DNA of 32,000 nucleotides from Dickeya solani IPO 2222 (GTDB lineage Bacteria; Pseudomonadota; Gammaproteobacteria; Enterobacterales; Enterobacteriaceae): NCBI RefSeq assembly GCF_001644705.1, contig NZ_CP015137.1, positions 1,680,001 to 1,712,000 of the forward strand, read 5' to 3'. Shown piece by piece: positions 1 to 8,561 of this stretch (position 1 is its first letter; each line of letters starts with the position of its first letter). The notes under the pieces were generated by a model. It saw only the letters and a program-made list of their open reading frames with translations, ran no database searches and was not told where the DNA came from. The position numbers and the translations under genes were made by a program.

Positions 1-75
1 CATGAAACGACAATCCTTTAACGGAAGGGACGTCACAACCTAGCAGTGCGGTGTGATGCAGACAAGCTTTTCACC

Positions 76-105
76 GTGCCGCAACAGCTATCACGGCACC
101 TTTTC
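76..105 (+). terminator. Weak hairpin plus T-run, possibly the terminator of the upstream gene (yheS side)
   Basis: GTGCCG (76-81) pairs with CGGCAC (94-99) across a 12-nt loop and is followed by CTTTTCATC. The stem is short, so support is weak. Confidence 0.3.
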
Positions 106-122
106 ATCATGGCTTTCTGGTT

Positions 123-1121
123 ATGAATAATTCTTCTCAGCGTAGCGCGAGTTTTCAGCCCTTACCGGGCGTGCGCAATCCGCACCTGCAGACGCTGTTG
201 CCGCGCCTGCTTCGCCGCCATCCGGCCCTGAAGCCGGTGTGGCAGAGGCTGACCATGCCGGACGGGGATTTTGTTGATCTCGCCTGGAGCGAAGCACCGG
301 CTCAGGCGCAGCACAAACCTCGCGTGGTGCTGTTTCATGGGCTGGAAGGCAGTTTTCACAGCCCTTACGCCCACGGTCTGATGACCGCCTGTCAGCGGCG
401 CGGCTGGCTGGCGGTGATGATGCACTTTCGCGGTTGCAGCGGGCAACCCAACCGTCTACCGCGCGCTTATCACGCCGGTGAAACCGAAGACGCTCGCTAT
501 TTCCTGCACTGGCTGAACCAGACACTGGGGGCCGCCCCTACGGCGGCGGTCGGAGTATCGCTGGGCGGCAACATGCTGGCCTGCCTGCTAAGCCGTCAGG
601 ACGCGCCCTGTACGCTGAACGCCGCGGCAATCGTCTCCGCGCCGCTGATGCTGGAGCCTTGCAGCCGCCGTCTGGAGCACGGGTTTTCCCGGCTGTACCA
701 GTCGTATCTGCTCAATCTGCTGCGCCGCAGTGCCTTGCGCAAGCTTTCCGCCTACCCCGATTGCCTGCCCGTTTCCGCCACGAGGCTGCGGCAGGTACGC
801 CGCCTGAGAGAGTTTGATGATCTGATCACCGCCCGGCTGCATGGCTTTGCCGACGCGACAGAGTATTACCGACGCAGTAGCGCGCTGCCGCAGTTGTCGC
901 ACATCCGTCAGCCGTTGTTGATTATTCAGGCCCAGGACGATCCGTTTATGACGCCGGCCGTGATCCCCGATACATCGCAATTGCCGGCCAACATCGACTA
1001 TCAACTGACGGAATGCGGCGGCCATGTCGGCTTTGTCGGCGGGTCATGGCGCAAACCCGAACTGTGGCTGGAACACCGTATTCCCGACTGGTTTACCCCT
1101 TATCTGGAGCAGAGTGCATGA
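123..1121 (+). CDS. yheT: Alpha/beta-fold hydrolase, YheT family
   Basis: 332-aa ORF with FHGLEGS and a GVSLGG nucleophile elbow. Its stop overlaps the next start (ATGA at 1118-1121). It sits in the yheT-yheU-prkB-yhfA-crp synteny known from E. coli. Confidence 0.85.
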   Translation: MNNSSQRSASFQPLPGVRNPHLQTLLPRLLRRHPALKPVWQRLTMPDGDFVDLAWSEAPAQAQHKPRVVLFHGLEGSFHSPYAHGLMTACQRRGWLAVMMHFRGCSGQPNRLPRAYHAGETEDARYFLHWLNQTLGAAPTAAVGVSLGGNMLACLLSRQDAPCTLNAAAIVSAPLMLEPCSRRLEHGFSRLYQSYLLNLLRRSALRKLSAYPDCLPVSATRLRQVRRLREFDDLITARLHGFADATEYYRRSSALPQLSHIRQPLLIIQAQDDPFMTPAVIPDTSQLPANIDYQLTECGGHVGFVGGSWRKPELWLEHRIPDWFTPYLEQSA

Positions 1122-1354
1122 TCATTCCCTGGCAAGAACTGGCTCAGGAAACGCTGCAAAATCTGATTGAATCGTTCGTCCTGCGCGAAGGGACCGACTA
1201 CGGCGAGCAGGAGCGAACGCTGGAAGAAAAAGTGGCTGATGTACGCCAGCAACTGGCGCAGGGCGACGTGGTGCTGGTGTGGTCGGAACTGCATGAAACC
1301 GTCAATATCATGCCCCGCAGCCAGCTCAGCAGCGGTGAGCAGTATCAGCCCTGA
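1118..1354 (+). CDS. yheU: UPF0270 family small protein YheU
   Basis: I place the start at ATG 1118 ([29 protein letters not shown]...), which is translationally coupled to yheT. The track ORF starting at 1013 is an N-terminal over-extension. Confidence 0.85.
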   Translation: MIIPWQELAQETLQNLIESFVLREGTDYGEQERTLEEKVADVRQQLAQGDVVLVWSELHETVNIMPRSQLSSGEQYQP

Positions 1355-1481
1355 ATCAATCGCTTAAAAACGTAAATTGGCGTGTCACCGCGGTATAAAC
1401 ATGCTAACAATTATCAGATATCTCTGACCGGAGTTGGCACCGTTCACCGGAGGTTGCCCCATTCACTGGAGGTTACACACC

Positions 1482-2351
1482 ATGTCGCACCAGCATCCGA
1501 TTATCGCGGTCACCGGCTCCAGCGGTGCAGGGACTACCACCACCAGCCTGGCGTTTCGCAAAATTTTCCAGCAACTGAATCTTCGCGCCGCGCTGGTGGA
1601 CGGCGACAGCTATCACCGTTACACCCGGCCGGAAATGGACATGGCGATCCGCAAAGCACGGGATCTGGGCCGCCACATCAGCTATTTCGGGCCGGAAGCA
1701 AACGATTTCTGCCAGTTGGAACACACCTTCATCGAATACGGCCTCAGCGGTAGCGGCCAGACCCGCAAATACCTGCACACTTACGACGAGGCGATTCCCT
1801 ACAATCAGGTGCCCGGCACCTTCACCCCCTGGGAGCCGATGCCGGAACCGACCGACCTGTTGTTTTACGAGGGGCTGCACGGCGGCGTGGTCACCGACCA
1901 GCACGATGTGGCTCAGCATGTCGACCTGCTGGTCGGCGTGGTGCCGATCGTCAACCTGGAATGGATTCAGAAGCTGGTGCGCGATATCAACGAGCGCGGT
2001 CACTCCCGCGAAGCGGTCATGGATTCCGTCGTGCGTTCGATGGAGGATTACATCACCCACATCACCCCGCAGTTTTCCCGCACCCATATCAACTTTCAGC
2101 GCGTGCCGACGGTGGACACCTCTAACCCGTTTGCCGCCAAAGCCATTCCGTCGATGGACGAAAGTTTTGTAGTGATCCACTTTCAGGGACTGGACCACAT
2201 TGATTACCCCTACCTGCTGGCGATGCTGCAGGGCTCGTTCATTTCCCACATCAATACCTTAGTGGTGCCGGGCGGCAAGATGGGGCTGGCGATGGAGCTG
2301 ATCATGATGCCGCTGGTGCAGCGGCTAATAGAAGGCAATCATATTGACTAA
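1482..2351 (+). CDS. prkB: Phosphoribulokinase homolog PrkB
   Basis: The 289-aa product from ATG 1482 (MSHQHPIIAVTGSSGAGTTTTSLAFRKIF...) is near-colinear with E. coli PrkB as I recall it. It has a P-loop GSSGAGTT, and a GGAGG RBS lies upstream at 1469-1473. Confidence 0.9.
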   Translation: MSHQHPIIAVTGSSGAGTTTTSLAFRKIFQQLNLRAALVDGDSYHRYTRPEMDMAIRKARDLGRHISYFGPEANDFCQLEHTFIEYGLSGSGQTRKYLHTYDEAIPYNQVPGTFTPWEPMPEPTDLLFYEGLHGGVVTDQHDVAQHVDLLVGVVPIVNLEWIQKLVRDINERGHSREAVMDSVVRSMEDYITHITPQFSRTHINFQRVPTVDTSNPFAAKAIPSMDESFVVIHFQGLDHIDYPYLLAMLQGSFISHINTLVVPGGKMGLAMELIMMPLVQRLIEGNHID

Positions 2352-2395
2352 GCGACGCGGCAGGGCATCGGAGCTAACCGCCGCGTGTCTGACGA

Positions 2396-2803
2396 TTAGT
2401 CGAGCGCGATCACTTCGTGGCTGTGGGTGATCGTCACCGCTTTCTCCAGCATCATCGCCACAGAGCAGTATTTATCCGCCGACAGCGACACCGCGCGCTC
2501 CACGGCCTTGTCGTTCAATCCTTTCCCGGTAACGATAAAGTGCAGATTGATGGCGGTGAACAAGCGCGGCGCTTCCTCACGGCGTTCAGAGGTCAGGCGC
2601 ACCTCACAGTCCGCCACATCATGACGACCTTTTTGCAGGATAGACACCACATCAATGGCGCTGCATCCGCCTGCTGCCATCAGCACCATTTCCATTGGGC
2701 TGGGCGCTTTATCGCCGGCGTTGCCGTCCATCAGCAGCTGATGCCCGGACGCGGACTCGCCAAGAAACGTTAACCCTTCAACCCATTTCACCCGAGCCTG
2801 CAT
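2396..2803 (-). CDS. yhfA: OsmC-family protein YhfA
   Basis: MQARVKWVEGLTFLGESASGHQLLMDG... matches E. coli YhfA (about 134 aa) from the Met at 2803. The track start at 2821 adds 6 residues. Confidence 0.9.
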   Translation of the reverse strand: MQARVKWVEGLTFLGESASGHQLLMDGNAGDKAPSPMEMVLMAAGGCSAIDVVSILQKGRHDVADCEVRLTSERREEAPRLFTAINLHFIVTGKGLNDKAVERAVSLSADKYCSVAMMLEKAVTITHSHEVIALD

Positions 2804-2995
2804 AAGTTTGCCCTCAATCAATTATTTTTGAAATTTTACACCGCTTATGTACAAAAAAGCCTGATAATCAGAGCTTAATCATGCTGAAGCGAGACAACAC
2901 AAGACACTACACTCAACCTGTGTTACAAACGAAGACGTAAACCGGTGTGCGTTGAGCCTCTGCCTGACCAGCCGCCGGCTTACTGGCGTCATCCG

Positions 2996-3116
2996 ATATA
3001 CCCTAAATAATTCGGCTTGCAGGAAGGCAGTGAATCCCAGGGAGCTTACTCAAGTAAGTAACCAGGGTGAGCGAAGAAAGCCAACACACCTGCAACGTGA
3101 AGTATGACGGGTATAG
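2996..3116. repeat. ERIC / IRU (enterobacterial repetitive intergenic consensus) element
   Basis: The central imperfect palindrome GTGAATCCCAGGGAGCTTACTCAAGTAAGTAACCAGGGTGAGCG matches the ERIC1R/ERIC2 primer core (GTGAATCCCCAGGAGCTTACAT / AAGTAAGTGACTGGGGTGAGCG). Its flanks are TTGCAGGAAGGC...CCTGCAACGTGAAGTATGACGGGTAT. Confidence 0.8.
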
Positions 3117-3245
3117 ACAGCCTCAGTATATTCCCTGACGTCATTCCGCCAGGACGGAATTGAATTATAACTATGTTATCACGCCGTACAGGGAACTCTG
3201 AGCCCTGTGATTTGCGCAGTGAATTACAACAGAGGATAACAGCGA

Positions 3246-3878
3246 ATGGTTCTCGGCAAACCGCAAACAGACCCGACTCTCGAATGGTTCCTTTCTCATT
3301 GCCACATTCACAAGTACCCATCGAAGAGCACTCTGATTCATCAGGGTGAAAAAGCAGAGACGCTTTACTACATCGTGAAAGGCTCGGTTGCCGTGCTGAT
3401 CAAGGATGAAGAAGGCAAGGAAATGATTCTTTCTTATCTGAATCAGGGCGATTTTATCGGCGAACTTGGTTTGTTCGAAGATGGGCAGGAACGCAGTGCG
3501 TGGGTCCGGGCGAAAACCGCCTGCGAAGTCGCTGAGATTTCCTATAAAAAATTCCGCCAGCTGATTCAGGTCAACCCGGATATTCTGATGCGGTTGTCCT
3601 CGCAGATGGCGCGCCGCCTGCAGGTGACCTCGCAGAAAGTCGGCAACCTGGCGTTTCTCGACGTTACCGGCCGTATCGCGCAAACCCTGCTCAATCTGGC
3701 CAAGCAACCGGACGCCATGACCCACCCGGACGGCATGCAAATCAAGATCACCCGTCAGGAGATCGGTCAGATTGTCGGCTGTTCCCGCGAAACCGTCGGT
3801 CGTATCCTGAAGATGCTGGAAGATCAGAACCTGATCTCCGCCCACGGTAAAACCATCGTGGTATACGGCACCCGCTGA
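3246..3878 (+). CDS. crp: cAMP receptor protein CRP
   Basis: The 210-aa product [78 protein letters not shown]... is essentially E. coli CRP, including the RETVGRILK recognition helix. Confidence 0.97.
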   Translation: MVLGKPQTDPTLEWFLSHCHIHKYPSKSTLIHQGEKAETLYYIVKGSVAVLIKDEEGKEMILSYLNQGDFIGELGLFEDGQERSAWVRAKTACEVAEISYKKFRQLIQVNPDILMRLSSQMARRLQVTSQKVGNLAFLDVTGRIAQTLLNLAKQPDAMTHPDGMQIKITRQEIGQIVGCSRETVGRILKMLEDQNLISAHGKTIVVYGTR

Positions 3879-3895
3879 TTATCATCAGCCGGATC

Positions 3896-3930
3896 AAAAA
3901 GAGCGTGCCCAGGCACGCTCTTGTCGTTTT
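3896..3930 (+). terminator. Rho-independent terminator after crp; palindromic, so possibly bidirectional with argD
   Basis: GAGCGTGCC (3901-3909) pairs with GGCACGCTC (3912-3920). An A-run precedes it and TTGTCGTTTT follows. Confidence 0.7.
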
Positions 3931-3951
3931 AGTGCAGAGAAAAGCCGCGGT

Positions 3952-5246
<1,295 letters not shown>

Positions 5247-5295
5247 AAGACGCAATCATTAATCCGGTAATGCTGGATTTGCGCCCGTTATCCAC

Positions 5296-5871
5296 CTATA
5301 AATCAAGGAAATTTCGCAGTAGCTGATGCCCCTGCTGGCTGAGAATGCTTTCCGGGTGGAACTGAACGCCTTCCAGCGGCAGCGAACGGTGCCGCACGCC
5401 CATGATCTCATCCATTCCGGCGTCGTTCTCGGTCCAGGCGGTCACCTCAAAACAATCAGGCAGCGAATCCTTTTCCAGAATCAGCGAGTGATAACGGGTG
5501 ACGGTCAGCGGGTTTGCCAGCCCGGCGAACACGCCGCGGCCGGTATGCCGCACCGGCGAGGTCTTGCCATGCATCACCTGACGGGCACGCACCACCCGCG
5601 CGCCAAACGCCTGCCCCAACGCCTGATGCCCCAGACACACTCCCAAAATCGGCAACGTGCCTGCGAAATGACCAATAGCCGCCAGCGAAATCCCGGCGTC
5701 ATCCGGCGTACAGGGGCCGGGGGAAATCACCAGCCGTTGTGGCGATAACCGCTCAATGTCCGCCAGCGTCAGCGCATCATTACGCCTGACCAGCACCTCC
5801 GCCCCCAACTCGCAAAAATACTGGTACAGGTTGTAGGTAAAGGAATCGTAGTTGTCGATGAGTAGCAGCAT
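5296..5871 (-). CDS. pabA: Aminodeoxychorismate synthase glutamine amidotransferase subunit
   Basis: 191-aa class I GATase with [27 protein letters not shown] (catalytic Cys) and GVQFHPES. Confidence 0.92.
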   Translation of the reverse strand: MLLLIDNYDSFTYNLYQYFCELGAEVLVRRNDALTLADIERLSPQRLVISPGPCTPDDAGISLAAIGHFAGTLPILGVCLGHQALGQAFGARVVRARQVMHGKTSPVRHTGRGVFAGLANPLTVTRYHSLILEKDSLPDCFEVTAWTENDAGMDEIMGVRHRSLPLEGVQFHPESILSQQGHQLLRNFLDL

Positions 5872-6068
5872 GTCTTTATCTATCAGCGGGTGAGCTCGGT
5901 GCAGGCGTCATGTCTAACACAGCATGATGCAGAATGAATGATGTCGAGTCTGAAGAGTTGAGACACGGTTGTCCAGATGCAAGCCTGAAACAGCCGGAGA
6001 AGGCAGTAAATGGAGAAGAAAGTAAATGGGGAAGAAAATAAATAAAGAAATAGGCGCCAATGCCGCGG

Positions 6069-6093
6069 AAAACCCGGCCATACCATGACCGGG
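6069..6093 (-). terminator. Hairpin terminator downstream of the AraC-type regulator gene
   Basis: Minus strand reads CCCGGTCAT-GGT-ATGGCCGGG (one mismatch) followed by TTTTCC. Confidence 0.5.
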
Positions 6094-6117
6094 GACGTTA
6101 AGAAAGGGAGCCGACTG

Positions 6118-7323
6118 TCACCCGGTTTCATCACGTAGCACCACCGGGTTGAATTTTTTCCGGAACTCGATGGGCGTGACGCTGGTATAGCGTTTGAACA
6201 TCTTCTCAAAATGGCTCAGGTCGCCATAGCCGCAATCCAGATAAAGATTGGTAATCCGGCTCATGGGGTGGCATTCCAGCCGCAGGCAGGCATAGAAAAT
6301 GCGGGTCTGATTCAAAATCTGCTTAAACGACAGACTGAGGCTGTGCTTGAGCAGATAAGAGAGATGCGACGGGCTGATGTGGGAATTTTCCGCCAGCTCA
6401 ATCAGCGTCACCTCCTGCTGGAAATGTTCGCCCAGATACAGCAGCGCCTTGATCACCGACGGGTGAAACTGCTGCAGAGCGTCCTGATCGCGGCTGAGCA
6501 CCGCATCGCACAATGAACGGTTAATCCGTTGCCGCTCGCCTGACGGCGCCAGCCCGGTCCGGGTCACGATTTGCGGCAGAATGCTACTGGCCTGCGCCAG
6601 GTCAATCTCGGCGTCGTCGCTAAGCATCAACAACCGGGCGATACTGTGCCACAGTTGCCGCACATTGCCGGGCCAGTCGTAATGATGCAGGTGAAACAGC
6701 ACCTCCGGATGCAATGTCTGCCGGGCGGACTGACGGTACGCCTGCCAGGCGGCATGAACCAGTTCGGCGATGTCCTGCGTTCTGCCTTTCAGAGCCGGCA
6801 CTGACAGCGACTGGCAGCCAAATGCCGACACCAGTTGCGCGCCGGGCTGCGCCGGCGACGCGCTTTGCTCCGTCAGCGTCGCAATCAGTCCGAACACCAG
6901 ACGCAGCTCGCTCCGCCTGGCATGTTCTATCCGAAGCAATGCCAGAGCCTTCTGCTGCTGCTGTTCAGTCAGCGTATCAAAACCAGGAATGCACAGGGTC
7001 AGCCGACGATCGTCGGGAATAGCGGCGAGTATCTCCTCCAGCCGTTTGGTTGGGTCATTCTCGCCACTCAGTTCGACATAGCGCCCCTGCAACGCCTGAA
7101 GTCTGGCGCGAATATAGCCGGTGATTTCAGACAGATCCGCACCCGGCTCGCCAGAAAGCAAAATGGGCCTGCCGGATAACATCAACCGATCGATCCGGTC
7201 ACGCAATACCGAGGGCAAAAAGATAAATTCCGGGATATGTCGCCCCACCGAATAGCCCGTGAAGGGTATTTTTTCGGCAGGAATACTTTTTAATTTACCA
7301 GGTAGTATATTTTCTGTTTTCAC
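6118..7323 (-). CDS. Transcriptional regulator: degenerate sigma54-activator (bEBP/AAA+)-like domain fused to a C-terminal AraC-type HTH
   Basis: GTG start at 7323 with an AAGGA RBS. HYDWPGNVRQL and VPALKGRTQDIAELV are NtrC-family central-domain signatures. The Walker A position reads GEPGADL (no GK[ST]) and no GAFTGA loop is present. The C-terminus (ISPSHLSYLLK ... GYGDLSHFEKMFKRYTSVTPIEFRK) is a classic AraC/XylS HTH. Confidence 0.75.
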   Translation of the reverse strand: MKTENILPGKLKSIPAEKIPFTGYSVGRHIPEFIFLPSVLRDRIDRLMLSGRPILLSGEPGADLSEITGYIRARLQALQGRYVELSGENDPTKRLEEILAAIPDDRRLTLCIPGFDTLTEQQQQKALALLRIEHARRSELRLVFGLIATLTEQSASPAQPGAQLVSAFGCQSLSVPALKGRTQDIAELVHAAWQAYRQSARQTLHPEVLFHLHHYDWPGNVRQLWHSIARLLMLSDDAEIDLAQASSILPQIVTRTGLAPSGERQRINRSLCDAVLSRDQDALQQFHPSVIKALLYLGEHFQQEVTLIELAENSHISPSHLSYLLKHSLSLSFKQILNQTRIFYACLRLECHPMSRITNLYLDCGYGDLSHFEKMFKRYTSVTPIEFRKKFNPVVLRDETG

Positions 7324-7717
7324 GGGAAAATCCTTTATTCAACTCCTGCCAGTGCACATTTCACAATAAAATGCGCCCCTTTATAAGAAATGACGTGACT
7401 TCTTCGACACGACCAATCTTATTCAAACCGCTATTTCGACAACCGAAATGAATCCGCAGACTCTGTCGACAAACCCTCTGGATAAACCCCTGGTAAAAAT
7501 AATGTAAATCCCTTTACTAATTTTTTACTCATTATCACCGTTGTATCGGGATAAAAATAAATGCACTCCCTGCCGGCACTAAATTCAGCCTAATAAATAT
7601 TCAACGCAGTTGTATCGTTGAATAGGTCATCATTATTTTTATTCAACCACTCTTATCAAAATGACAAAAATGGCCTCATTCTTAAAACCATTAAAGTATT
7701 ATTTTCTATATCCACAA

Positions 7718-8049
7718 TCAGGTTTTATTCGCATCACGAAGAACCAACATCTGATATAAATCAGCGAAAAGAAATGCGATATATTTATACTCATCAGGAT
7801 TAAAATCACAGGATGCGTTATCATGTGATTGCAGCACGAGATTCTCCTCGGTGACATCAAAGAATTTTGCAAATTTATACAGCGACTGTCTGGAGATCGG
7901 CTTACCTAACTCCGCTCTTTTTATTGTAGAGATAGAGATATAACACTTTGACTCAAGGCTTTGTTCTGATAGCTCCTCCTGACTTAATTTTTTTTTAACC
8001 TGAGATCTTTGATCACTGCTGTGTTCACCATAAATCCATTGTTAGACAT
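7718..8049 (-). pseudogene. XRE-family HTH regulator gene interrupted by a frameshift at an A9 tract (pseudogene, or dependent on slippage)
   Basis: My own translation. From ATG 8049 the frame reads MSNNGFMVNTAVIKDLRLKKN* and stops at 7984-7986. The -1 frame continues (K)LSQEELSEQSLESKCYISISTIKRAELGKPISRQSLYKFAKFFDVTEENL...ANKT*, ending at 7718. The two frames join at a T9 run on the plus strand (7988-7996). The span is 332 nt, one short of a multiple of 3. An RBS (GGGGAAGG) lies upstream. Confidence 0.6.
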
Positions 8050-8269
8050 ACCTTCCCCTCTGCAATCAAAATCAATACACCTTTTCATGGTTTCATTTTA
8101 AAATACCAGACCACACTCCAGCTGCGTTGATATTTACGTACACCAACTACGAAAAACCACAATAAAGCATACCAATTAGTTATGATGTAAAGTCACCAAA
8201 CGTAATATCCCCTGATTTTGATAACACAATTAACACCAGACTACTTTTAATTATTTTTATTATAAATAA

Positions 8270-8299
8270 ATGGCGCATGACCATTCGGTCATGCGCCAT
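8270..8299 (-). terminator. Rho-independent terminator of the S8-peptide operon
   Basis: Perfect 13-bp stem ATGGCGCATGACC / GGTCATGCGCCAT with a 4-nt loop, starting 6 nt after the peptide stop. On the minus strand it is followed by TTTATTTATAATAAAAAT. Confidence 0.8.
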
Positions 8300-8305
8300 T
8301 ACTGA

Positions 8306-8455
8306 TTAGCTCAGTACGCCGGACAGCGCGCCCTGGCCTGCTTTTTTCAGCAGATTCAGCGCCTGACCCCAGAACGCCGGGTTAACGCCGGATGCTTTGG
8401 CTTCGGCAACACGGTTAGCGCGATTGACATTCTGTGCTTGGGTTGGAAGTTTCAT
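8306..8455 (-). CDS. 49-aa peptide, candidate protease substrate or precursor (MKLPTQAQNVNRANRVAEAKASGVNPAFWGQALNLLKKAGQGALSGVLS)
   Basis: This ORF falls below the track's size cutoff and was translated by hand. It has a strong RBS (AAGGAGAAATAACC-ATG) and starts 106 nt after the S8 stop. It shares the GC-rich composition of the protease 3' half and is followed immediately by a strong terminator. Confidence 0.6.
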   Translation of the reverse strand: MKLPTQAQNVNRANRVAEAKASGVNPAFWGQALNLLKKAGQGALSGVLS

Positions 8456-8561
8456 GGTTATTTCTCCTTGAGTATATTTGCATTACGTTTTGGGGATATC
8501 CCCAGGTTAATGCCACCGACTGGCGGCAAAGCTAAAAACGGTATGGTTCGACAGGCCGATA

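Noticed and set aside
3046-3321. A 91-aa minus-strand ORF upstream of and overlapping the crp start.
   Set aside because: It is made largely of the ERIC repeat and the crp 5' region in antisense.
5883-6209. A 108-aa minus-strand ORF between pabA and the AraC-type gene.
   Set aside because: It runs through the terminator hairpin and the purine-rich 16-bp tandem repeats and overlaps the 3' end of the regulator gene. Its translation is low-complexity (FLYLFSSPFTFFSIY).
7618-7803. A 61-aa plus-strand ORF in the AT-rich region.
   Set aside because: It lies antisense to the C-terminal part of the XRE-family reading frame, which has a recognisable HTH. It has no RBS.
8306-8455. Cyanobactin-type recognition sequences (G(L/V)E(A/P)S N-terminal site, AYDG C-terminal site) or a double-glycine bacteriocin leader in the 49-aa peptide.
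   Set aside because: None is present. Only a vague resemblance (VAEAKAS) exists, so I do not claim a cleavage site or a cyanobactin classification.
8456-8490. A possible internal promoter for the peptide gene (TATACT -10-like hexamer just upstream of the RBS).
   Set aside because: No acceptable -35 hexamer occurs at 16-18 bp spacing. A transcript starting about 7 nt after this hexamer would begin inside the Shine-Dalgarno sequence. Co-transcription with the protease is more plausible.
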